NCBI RefSeq assembly: GCF_023055435.1
Contig: NW_025963779.1
Location: 39,122,001-39,186,000 of the forward strand
Source of the DNA: Haliotis rufescens
Lineage: Eukaryota
Direction of reading: 5' to 3'
Length of the DNA stretch: 64,000 nucleotides
Each line of letters opens with the position of its first letter. The stretch's first letter is position 1. Below the pieces are notes generated by a model. The model ran no database searches. It was not told the DNA's origin and saw only the letters and a list, made by a program, of their open reading frames with translations. The translations under genes and the position numbers were made by a program. Shown piece after piece: positions 13,501-23,100 of this stretch.

Positions 13501-14906
13501 CTCATGAAGGTTCCTGGGGCTCCAGTTAATCCAAATGGCATCCGCAGATACTCATATAAGCCACATGTTCCTGTCCGAAAGGCTGTCTTCTCGATGTCTT
13601 CTTCTGCAACGGCTATCTGGTTAAACCCATGGGCAAGATCCAGACTACAGAAGTATTTGGCATCCTTTAATACAGTGAGGGCTTCTTCTATCCGAGGTAG
13701 AGGATAGGCGTCTTTCCGAGTTTTCGCATTCAGCGCACGATAGTCGCAGCAAACTCTCAGTTTACCTCCCTTCCGCACAAGCACAATTGGGGACGCATAT
13801 GGACTGGATGACTCCCTGATCACTCCCTTGTCTAACGACTTCTTGATATATTCTCGTACTTCTTGCCAGTGGCTTGGGGGAATACGTCGATGTGGAATGC
13901 GAACTGGGGCATCATCGGGCGTTATAATTCTGTGCTTGATGGCATCGCAGAATCCAATATCATCCTCATCCTTGCTGAAAGTGCTGGCATGTTTGGCAAT
14001 AAGTTCGTGCAACTGTTCCTTATGAGAAGAAGGCAAATCACTGTTAATCTCCATACGTTTCATGAGATTCTCTACTAGGTTCGCTCCATGTATTGAAGGG
14101 GATACCTCCGTGACTTGGACTTCATTCAAACTGACGTCAACTACATCTATTCTTGGCTCCACCTCAGCAGCGTTGAGTATTCCCACAGGTGTCCTCGGCC
14201 TTAAATAGATGTCCTTGTCACTGAAGTTGGCGACTTGAAAAAGGACTCGTCCGGTTTTGTCAACAGTGACCACTGTTGGTCCAAGCACTAATCCTTTGGG
14301 GAGGGGTAGTGAAATTTCCTCAATGACAGCTGTGAAGGGCTCTTTCGATGGTGCCACACTTCCTTCCAGGACTTGGAGTGATCTTGCGGGTATGAGTGTT
14401 GGTTTCTTCCCAGCTGTCCTCACCTTGGCATCACTTCTTGCTGTTGTGATCTCATCGTAGTATGCCAAAAGATCTCGGACTTCATCATCCACTGTTACGC
14501 TATTTGTTTCTAAAAGGGATTTCATGTCTCTAAGAGCGTTGCATCCTAAAACTACAGGGACTTCTAATTTTCTTTCTTGCATCGCTGGTTCTAAAGGGTC
14601 TTTCACTACGAGGAATCCTATAGATTTGAGTTCATGGCCAAAAGTAACTATATCCAATGCTAGATAGCCCAAGTAGGGGATGTCCTGTCCATTGGCAGCC
14701 TTAATGCGGATCAGTCCTCCAATGTCGACGATTTCCTTTCCTTGAAAGTAATCCCTGTAAAATGATTCTGTAATCGTCGACACCTGTGCTCCGGTATCCA
14801 CCAGACATCGGATCTTGATCCCATTAACATCAATATCGGTCTCCGGACACCTCCCTACCAGTCTATGTAAGAGTGGACCATAAGCATTGTTTTCTTCAAC
14901 CCCCAC
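10530..14906 (-). CDS. pol: Gypsy Pol polyprotein (protease, RT, RNase H, integrase); frame open back to the frameshift site at ~14940
   Basis: LVDTGA protease; YLDD RT; DAS...E...TD RNase H; H-x4-H..C-x2-C and D,D35E integrase (MDYT, SDQGRNF, CERFNRTL); no stops in 1458 codons. Confidence 0.96.
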   Translation of the reverse strand: MGVEENNAYGPLLHRLVGRCPETDIDVNGIKIRCLVDTGAQVSTITESFYRDYFQGKEIVDIGGLIRIKAANGQDIPYLGYLALDIVTFGHELKSIGFLVVKDPLEPAMQERKLEVPVVLGCNALRDMKSLLETNSVTVDDEVRDLLAYYDEITTARSDAKVRTAGKKPTLIPARSLQVLEGSVAPSKEPFTAVIEEISLPLPKGLVLGPTVVTVDKTGRVLFQVANFSDKDIYLRPRTPVGILNAAEVEPRIDVVDVSLNEVQVTEVSPSIHGANLVENLMKRMEINSDLPSSHKEQLHELIAKHASTFSKDEDDIGFCDAIKHRIITPDDAPVRIPHRRIPPSHWQEVREYIKKSLDKGVIRESSSPYASPIVLVRKGGKLRVCCDYRALNAKTRKDAYPLPRIEEALTVLKDAKYFCSLDLAHGFNQIAVAEEDIEKTAFRTGTCGLYEYLRMPFGLTGAPGTFMRLMDKIFGDENFQTLLIYLDDILIFGTTFEEALERLDMVLTRLTKYNLKIKPEKCQLFKEKLRYLGHIVSEEGIAPDPDKITAVSGWAVPKTETQLRGFLGLAGYYRKFVQGFASIAAPLHSLLQGKRLGKKGRRKVQPGSGMKAWDSSCDKAFEELKFRLTMSPVLGHPDFDRPYILEVDASHYGLGAVLSQDQESGKVVLSFASRSLRPAERNMDNYSSMKLELVALKWAVTEKFRDFLLGTECTVYTDNDPLSYVQTTAKLGATETRWIGELAQFNLVIRHRSGKKNRNADSLSRKETHIPEVARMEKISVVGSSDMPVMSTMVPVQLKTQIQQDTKSVCLESLQIQTVRLEPIPSTNLPTVLPEEMKKMQEEDVNIKRFLFHYNQDQYPSYRDRLKEHPNTRRILKCWKNMVLQNGVLYRQVKVDNKPTLRVVIPNKLQSRVLKASHDESGHPSAERTISVLRARCFWPYMARDTEEYCKKCERCLLGKHGPSVKPSYGSIIAKRPLEILAMDYTLLEKGTHGLENVLVLTDVYTKFTQAFPTRDQTARTVARILVKEWFVKFGVPRRLHSDQGRNFESNIIHELCSIYGVRKTKTTPYHPEGNSQCERFNRTLHNMLRTLPLPQKKKWPQLLPELIYAYNCTPHATTGYSPFYLFFGRDPKLPVDLVIGDQVDETTETDWVTEHHQRLQAAFNQASRRTEEAALQRQARVNKNTNDRELVVGARVFLRNHPAGRHKIQDIWRPEPYKVIARKENQVYAICPLDSDNPKQVHRKELLDSRTLVSDIQTDPHLEDRVEPVVSTTARSAAVEAENENNLPEACTFRVSVPDEVSNEGISKVCGSASCIAGEPVNTQASSDSADGTLESDHAGDNLCSAVSSDPNSDNIKDNVVSDTVTLATTSRDPGDATASCQGGELEMDACAEDEAPPLRRTTRSNAGQHPNPHNLPQSAAQNEVTVVAPIDPTVLANISQSQLLLLQLLAKSVPK

Positions 14907-14942
14907 AGTGAGGTCCTCCGCTGTGGGTTTTACATGTTTAAA
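14902..14942 (-). promoter_or_regulatory. -1 ribosomal frameshift signal (gag-pol)
   Basis: T_TTA_AAC at 14936-14942 in gag frame, 8-nt spacer, stem CCCACAG...CTGTGGG; the -1 frame reads HVKPTAEDLTVGVEENNAY into pol. Confidence 0.85.
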
Positions 14943-15460
14943 GCCCTTGGTCTTCTAGAACGGGAAGCAGATCGGTTCGGACAATCACGTCGCATGTGAC
15001 CCTCTTCGCCACATTCCCAGCAAGCCCTTGTCCTTGGTCGAGCGTTGATGGTGAGAAGCTCTTGTATCTGTTTTTGTTGTTCCTCTATCATGGCCTCCTG
15101 TCTCTTCAAGACATCTTCAAAGTTTGATCGATGTTCTTGATAATGTACATTCTTTTCCTTTAATGGAGTGTTGCCAAGCCATTCGATAAGACGATCCCTC
15201 AAGTCCAGGAAACTCATGCTGGGGTGCTCGATAGTAAGGCGCCTTGTCTCTCGTTTTTGGACGTCGCTCTGTACAGCTTCCGCCAGTTGACCTTTAAGGG
15301 CAGACTCCTTCATTCCGCTGAAAGTAGGATCAATTTCGATGATCTTGTCATATAGATCAATAAGATCAAGGGACACAGTAACCAGATCCTGTCCAGACGA
15401 TTGGCGATAGGAATAGAAGCGGTGCTGTGCCGACGGTAAGTCACATCCATCGCCGAACAC
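14930..15460 (-). CDS. gag: Gypsy Gag, N-terminally truncated (capsid C-terminal part plus CCHC zinc knuckle)
   Basis: FYSYRQSSGQ major-homology-like motif; CWECGEEGHMRRDC knuckle; starts immediately after the PBS with no in-frame AUG. Confidence 0.85.
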   Translation of the reverse strand: MFGDGCDLPSAQHRFYSYRQSSGQDLVTVSLDLIDLYDKIIEIDPTFSGMKESALKGQLAEAVQSDVQKRETRRLTIEHPSMSFLDLRDRLIEWLGNTPLKEKNVHYQEHRSNFEDVLKRQEAMIEEQQKQIQELLTINARPRTRACWECGEEGHMRRDCPNRSASRSRRPRALNM

Positions 15461-15462
15461 TT

Positions 15463-15479
15463 TCCCACTTCTGACACCA
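15463..15479 (-). promoter_or_regulatory. Primer binding site (tRNA-Leu type)
   Basis: TGGTGTCAGAAGTGGGA, 4 nt inside the 5' LTR boundary. Confidence 0.88.
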
Positions 15480-15483
15480 TTTT

Positions 15484-15892
15484 TGTAATGTGGGAAATCA
15501 GTACAGAAGAGTGAATGGTTTCATCGAAGAGTATTTATTGTCGTTCCATGATGGCAAACTTGATGAAAAACAAGGAATGACAAAGTTGTGGCTTCGTATG
15601 TGTAGCTCTCTAAAAATGTTGTGTACCTCGCACTTTGACAAGCATGGCGACTATAGCGCGAAAACTATGAAACAAGTGCACCATGGGAAAAGTTGAAAGC
15701 TTTGCGTACTTTTATCCAATTTAATAGTTACGATGCATCAGAATTCTTACAGGTACATTTAATTATATTTTAACAGTTTATTTATAAATTTTAACAGCAA
15801 ATGTAACTCTAAAACATTTCAAATTTGTGATTATTTCCGGAAGGTACCGACTATTTCCGGCAAGGATTTTATGTGCGCAATACCTCTTCACA
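15484..15892 (-). repeat. 5' LTR of Gypsy element
   Basis: Near-identical to 9809-10217; followed by the PBS on the minus strand. Confidence 0.96.
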
Positions 15893-16097
15893 TGTATATG
15901 AACCCATTTCTTAGTGTATATGTATTGGTGTTGGTATTAATTACTTGGTTTACGGATCCACCGAAAAGAGGAAACAAAAACAATCTGAAGAAAACATTTG
16001 ACTTTGTTATTCCCCAAAACATGTTTTCTTTTCGTTTATGTTTTAAGATAAAAATGAACAGAAAACTCGATTTAATACTGTAACCGTGGTTGTGTTG

Positions 16098-17505
16098 GCC
16101 GATAGTGGAGTACGCGATCTATTGGCACAAATAATCACAAACAGCAGTGGGGGGTGAGGCTGATAGTGGAGTAGGCGATCTACTGGCACAAATAATCACA
16201 AACAGCAGTGGGGGGTGAGGCTGATAGTGGAGTAGGCGATCTACTGGCACAAATAATCACAAACAGCAGTGGGGGGTGAGGCCGATAGTGTAGTAGGCGA
16301 TCTACTGGCACAAATAATCACAAACAGCAGTGGGGGGTGAGGCCGATAGTGGAGTAGGCGATCTACTGGCACAAATAATCACAAACAGCAGTGGGGGGTG
16401 AGGCCGATAGTGGAGTACGCGATCTACTGGCACAAATAATCACAAACAGCAGTGGGGGGTGAGGCCGATAGTGGAGTAGGCGATCTACTGGCACAAATAC
16501 TCACAAACAGCAGTGGGGGGTGAGGCTGATAGTGGAGTAGGCGATCTACTGGCACAAATAATCACAAACAGCAGTGGGGGGTGAGGCTGATAGTGGAGTA
16601 GGCGATCTACTGGCACAAATAATCACAAACAGCAGTGGGGGTGAGGCTGATAGTGGAGTAGGCGATCTACTGGCACAAATAATCACAAACAGCAGTGGGG
16701 GGTGAGGCTGATAGTGGAGTAGGCGATCTACTGGCACAAATAATCACAAACAGCAGTGGGGGGTGAGGCCGATAGTGGAGTAGGCGATCTACTGGCACAA
16801 ATAATCACAAACAGCAGTGGGGGGTGAGGCCGATAGTGGAGTAGGCGATCTACTGGCACAAATAATCACAAACAGCAGTGGGGGGTGAGGCCGATAGTGG
16901 AGTAGGCGATCTACTGGCACAAATAATCACAAACAGCAGTGGGGGGTGAGGCCGATAGTGGAGTAGGCGATCTACTGGCACAAATAATCACAAACAGCAG
17001 TGGGGGGTGAGGCCGATAGTGGAGTAGGCGATCTACTGGCACAAATAATCACAAACAGCAGTGGGGGTGAGGCTGATAGTGGAGTAGGCGATCTACTGGC
17101 ATAAATAATCACAAACAGCAGTGGGGGGTGAGGCTGATAGTGGAGTAGGCGATCTACTGGCACAAATAATCACAAACAGCAGTGGGGGGTGAGGCTGATA
17201 GTGGAGTAGGCGATCTACTGGCACAAATCATCACAAACAGCAGTGGGGGGTGAGGCTGATAGTGGAGTAGGCGATCTACTGGCACAAATAATCACAAACA
17301 GCAGTGGGGGGTGAGGCTGATAGTGGAGTAGGCGATCTACTGGCACAAATAATCACAAACAGCAGTGGGGGGTGAGGCTGATAGTGGAGTAGGCGATCTA
17401 CTGGCACAAATAATCACAAACAGCAGTGGGGGGTGAGGCCGATAGTGGAGTAGGCGATCTACTGGCACAAATAATCACAAACAAATGTGGGGGGTGAGGC
17501 TGATG
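16098..17505. repeat. 61-bp minisatellite, ~23 highly homogeneous copies
   Basis: Unit GATAGTGGAGTAGGCGATCTACTGGCACAAATAATCACAAACAGCAGTGGGGGGTGAGGC(C/T). Confidence 0.97.
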
Positions 17506-19996
17506 ACGTTTATTTTATTATCGGTACGAATGTACGTACTTAATTCAGTCTGAAACAATAAAAGTACAACATAAGCAAATATAACATAGATATAAATATA
17601 TACAATCCGTTATAGTTACTCTTTAAATTTCTAAAATATAGATATCACTTCCATTAAAATGAATAGCATTTACTTTACATTACACAATACATCAGACGTA
17701 TCCGTACAATACATCAATACACAGATACAAAATATATTCATATGATAATAAAGTGATAATGAACATTACATACCAGATAGGTTAAACCTGAACTGGTAAT
17801 GCCGTGACAATGAGTGTACGGTGAACGTTGCCACTGAGAAATCTGCATAATAAAGAAATACAAATGCAGAATACTATATACAAGTGATATCCTATGGTAA
17901 AATAGTGTATAAAAATATAAAGTACAACAGCCACTCATTTCAGACATACAACACTCATACACTTGCACTTACCAACATACATAATGCATCAAGCATACAG
18001 ACATACATTTACTTTCCATTACTGTACAGAGGGGTTTACAATACTTAGTAGTATAGGTAATGGGGGCTCCATAGGTAGTTTATATATATATTTAGGTTTC
18101 GTGTTTAATACTGTTTTATACATATAATAATTACTCACTGAACTGTAAGTTCATCAAGCACTATAAATATATACAAGATGCATTATGTTTCTAATAAATC
18201 AAATTAAGAATGCATTCTACAATATATATTATTTCTAATCGCAATAATTAGAAAACATCCATATATACATCATAAAATAAATAATCAACTAACCTTAAAT
18301 ATGAATAAATCCCTTTACAAATCCAAATCCTCACATAGAAATGAATGTGGCAATAAATCTCGCTGAGTCTTTCCTTGCGGTGACAATAGCAACTGATTTT
18401 GTAAAATTCAACAACAAACATTGTTGTAGCTATGGCCAACTTGGCCTATCAACAAGACAATAGACTGGGCCGGGGCGCGCTGGGGCAAAGAGTGCTGTAA
18501 GTCAAAAGCATGCAGTGTGACAATTAGTGGAAGTGAGACTGAGAGTAAGCTTACTTAATGTTACGGAGCTATGGAATGAATGTTTAAGGTATAAAATACT
18601 AAGGTATAAAACATAACTAATAGTACAACTAATAATATATTCTTATCATGTAAATATCGTAATAAACTAATCAGTTAAAATGGTAACAAGGCCATATAAC
18701 CTTACTACTTAAAAAGTTATGTACATAATTGAGCCTGCCACAATACAACCACAGTCATCGTTTAGTTTATGTATGAAATGTAACCGTTATGAAATAGGAA
18801 ATGAATACCATTTTTTGTAAATTTGTCCTTTTTATAAAAGTAGTAGAGAAAATTTAATTCCAAAATGTTACCATGTGTAACCATCTGTTCCAAACCTTAT
18901 CAGTCTTTTATCTACCAGAAATGATTCTATTATCAAAAACCTGTACATACATTAAAAACGACATTTACCTATGTAAAAAAATTGAACGTTTGTTGTAAGA
19001 AAATTTGTGCATGTCCTGTAAATGACTCTGGACCATGTGGCCTTCATTCATGAATAAACTTCGTCTTCTTCTTCTTCTTCTAAGGTCAAATTTTAAAGTT
19101 TCGGGAACCTAGCCTCTTTTGCTTTCTAACGTGGGTCTAAGTCGCTGCAAGTCGCTGTGCAGTGTTGCGTCCCTTGGGCGCGCCAGAAATGTGTGATCTT
19201 TGGTTCGAATCATGGTTGCGGCGTTAAACCCAACTCCCTCACTCACAAGACCTTAGTCCTCGCCACCGCTACACAACTCACATGCTAGTGAGAGCACACA
19301 TACCCGTGTGTAGCGGTAACTAAACACTCACAAATTATCTTAATGGGATTGAGGATAACACTTTTAAAAGTTTTTTTAATATTTAAAAAAAACAAAACTT
19401 GGTTAATTGCGACCGTGGTTGAAATACCAAAAATAATTTTTAGATTTTCTTTTAATGACCTCATGAAATTTTCGACCGAGTGTAGTAAGACAAATGAAAA
19501 TGACTTTATCTGAATGACAAGTCACAGGGTTACTTGTTTGGTTGTTTTTTTTGTTTATCACCGCACTCAGCAATATTCCTGCTAGATGACGGCGGACTGT
19601 AAATATTCGAGTCTGGACCAGAAAATCCAGTGACTAACACTCTCACATTATACAACGCATTCGATGCCGGAAACAACAATGTCTGGTGAACTACATGATA
19701 ACAAAAAAGTGTTCCTTATTTTATGCAGTTTGATCAATAAGTCAGTAGTCTAAATCATTGAGCTAATCAATTTGCCGTTATAGCAAGTTTGAGTCAAGAC
19801 ATTCAAATACAACTTTAGCCCTACTTGTCTGTAAAACTCATTTAATTAACACCAATCAGTTTAGCAATACTTAGTAACCCTAGATTATATAGTGACAATG
19901 TGCTCTCAACACTCTTCTTTTAAATTGACATTCAAATTCGCCGCCCGTGTCAAGTTGACCTGTAAGACATCAACAGCGAAGCAGGTGCGTGCCCTC

Positions 19997-20040
19997 TGAC
20001 CTTTGTGACGTCACATCACAACGTTTAGACATGGCGGTTT
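19997..20040 (+). promoter_or_regulatory. Putative CAMK4 proximal promoter: full CRE palindrome and YY1-like site
   Basis: TGTGACGTCACA at 20004-20015 (CRE 20006-20013); ACATGGCG at 20029-20036; about 85 bp upstream of the ATG. Confidence 0.6.
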
Positions 20041-20096
20041 AGTCTAGCAACGGCCCCGGACAGCGAGCACACACTGTTGCGTGTAAACAAATCAAG

Positions 20097-20191
20097 ATGC
20101 CGATAGGAAAGAGGGAAGAATTTTGGGTGAATGAGAGCATAAAGAATGATTCTTTTGAATCTTTCTTTAACGTGGGCAAGGAATTGGGGAG
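20097..20191 (+). CDS. CAMK4: CAMK4 coding exon 1 (MPIGKREEFWVNESIKNDSFESFFNVGKELG)
   Basis: ATG start; donor AG|gtaagt. Confidence 0.88.
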
Positions 20192-23100
20192 GTAAGTGCA
20201 CTAGACTGAGCTTGGTTTGTTTGTTGTCATTGATTTTTTTGCAATAACACTAACAGTTTCCATAACATATTCAGTGTCACTCTGACATGTCAGTCACCGA
20301 ACTACATGTGCATTACTACCACGTACGCATGACCATGTATATTTCCCACCCTTGGCCTCTATAAATATGCATGACATTGTCTAGCTCTTCAGGATCGACT
20401 ATACAAAGCTGCACACACGCGCACTATAACCATTCTAGAAGAATACGTGAACACAATCAATTAAGCAATTCAGATTTTTTTCATATAGNNNNNNNNNNNN
20501 NNNNNNNNNNNNNNNNNNNNNNNNNNNNNNNNNNNNNNNNNNNNNNNNNNNNNNNNNNNNNNNNNNNNNNNNNNNNNNNNNNNNNNNNNNNNNNNNNNNN
20601 NNNNNNNNNNNNNNNNNNNNNNNNNNATTATTTTTTTAAACTTATTAATCTTTAGGTCTTTTTATTGAACTTGCAAAACAATTAATCCACACTAGTTTCA
20701 ACTATTGCAATAGACAGAAATGTATTCACCCAAATACCCCAAAGTTTGGTTTTTGTACACACTTATTTCACAACCAGAGGACGACCATGCAAGATCTAAC
20801 ATAAACTATAGTCTACAGTTGGCATGAATGTAAGCTTATGCACATTTTGGTATTCATAACCAATGGAACAAACAAGTTGCCATTCTACTCCCTATGACCT
20901 GCTCAAGGTGAGTGCTGAACACATGACAACCAGTGACATATGATCGGCCTCCGGTGAGTGCTGGCATGGAAGGGTGCAACAATATAGGCACAATACGATA
21001 CGTATCTTGATACAAGTACAGATCATGATACATAACCCATCTCAATGATATGCCAGAATAACAACACAAACAGCCATGAATTGAAATACTCATGTAATGG
21101 TGATGATTGTCTGTCACAAAAAGTAACAGGAAAGCCCAAATGATCCTGGACCTGGGATTTGAATGAAATGGTTGTGTTTTCAAGCTCACAGTTAACCCTA
21201 TCATGTATAGGTTATTCTTTCATTAAAAAAACAGTAAATTGTATTTTGTCTTCATCTATCGCAATACAGGTTCGTATACATCTTACTTAGTATTGGTCAT
21301 GTATTGCGGTGTATGTATTTCAATGTATCATTTCCCCCTTACTGCACTGACCAGAGTGGATTGGGTGGCCCAGTGTCTGGTGCTGCAATTCGCTGTGCAT
21401 AGTTGCATCCTTTGGCATGCAAGAACCCATGGGTTTGCATCCCATATTTGCCATGGTTATATACTGTAGGTTTGTCATCACCATAGTGAGCATACTTACA
21501 TTCATGAGTTTCACGAGAGTCACTGGTAAATGTGCAGGACCTGCTTGCTGTCTTCCCAGATGAAGGTGACACGCTGTGGAACACAGTTCAAAGTGGCGTT
21601 GAACCAAACTCAAACGCTGTACTGACTTGTTTGTTCATGATGACATACACTTTGCCATTAGCCAGGAAAATCAGTATTGCAAGAAACTGGCCTAACTTAG
21701 ATCACTGATACTTAAGTAATATATAGTTGTCAATCTCATTAAAATCAGATCTTAGTTTTCGCTAATGCTAAACAAGGATCTGAGGACATCCCATTACGGG
21801 TCACATCAGAACAACCTTTCACCAATGAAATGACTGACAAGAAATTGACATTAGCCAAACAGAAGGCAGCTTTCTCAAGCCTTACGACACTAGTCTCAAA
21901 CCGGCGACTACGCTTCGAAACATATATTGACGTGTTCTCGATTAAAAAAATTAAAACTGATAAGAAGAACACTCTGGAATGTCTTATAGATGGCCTAGAT
22001 TGTATGGATACAATCATAAAACCCGTAACTGTTGTTTGGAATACCCCATGTTATATATTTCGTGGTTGCATGATTAGAAAACGCATTCCGACTGCCACTT
22101 TCATGATCTGGTAAGCGATGCTCTGATTGTTTGGATGAAAGCTTGTCCGACATGACCATTAATGGGATGTCCTCAGATCTTTGTTTAGCGATAGCGAGAA
22201 CAAAGATATGATTTTAATGAGATTGTAAAGTTGTAAGATAATTGGCATGAATTTTCATGTGAAAATGGCTGCAAATTTGCTGAAAATAGCACATTATATA
22301 TGCTCTTAGATATATGAAAACCAAACATAATTTACTAATCATGTATACATAGAGATGTAGCAGAGAAGACATGTGGAATGTTTAAATCTTTCTTTTAAGT
22401 TATTTTACCTTTTGTTTATTGTAACGCTTAAATGCAGGTGAGCTACAGAGCTTCATGGCTCTATTTTTAACACTATTAACATGTATGCATTTTTCCAGGG
22501 GTGCTACCTCCTTTGTATACAAGTGCGAGCAGAAGGGTACTGGTATTCCATGGGCAGCCAAAGTAATCAAGAAACATGTAAGCATGGAGCACCTGCTGTC
22601 TTTGTCCAGGGTCTGATCCGAGATTCCGAACTAAGTGCTCTTGACAGGCAAATTGTATTGTCTCAAATTTGATTTTATTAATATGAATTCTTATTTTTTT
22701 TATTTCAGCCACATTTTAATGTTATGTTTTAACAACACATTCAATTAAAAAGATATATAATTTAGCATTGAAGCCTCTTCCTCTATGCTGGTCCTGTTGT
22801 CAGTGAAATACAGGCACCTTGACCAAGTCATTGCTGATACTTGCTGCAGACTTGGTGATGAATATCAGCCTCTGAGCACGAATAGATAAGCCCCTGATGT
22901 CCCAAATACTTAAAAAATAACACCCAGCACTATCCAACATGACACAGCACTATCCAATATGACACACAATGCTATCCAACATGACACACAATGCTATCCC
23001 ACATGACACACAATGCTATCCAACATGACACACAATGCTATCCCACATGACACACAACACTATCCCATATGACACACAACACTATCCAACATGACACACA

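Larger units (their letters stand above)
9809..15892 (-). mobile_element. Ty3/Gypsy LTR retrotransposon, recent insertion
   Basis: Two 409-bp TG..CA LTRs (9809-10217, 15484-15892), with one mismatch seen by eye; 4-bp TSD TGTA; tRNA-Leu-type PBS; PPT AGCAGGGGAG; PR-RT-RH-IN order. Confidence 0.97.

Noticed and set aside
16098-17505. CRISPR-like regularity of this and other arrays
   Set aside because: No unique spacers, no cas genes, eukaryotic context
17510-18450. Possible minus-strand LINE 3' remnant
   Set aside because: Only faint motif resemblance; too degraded to support by eye
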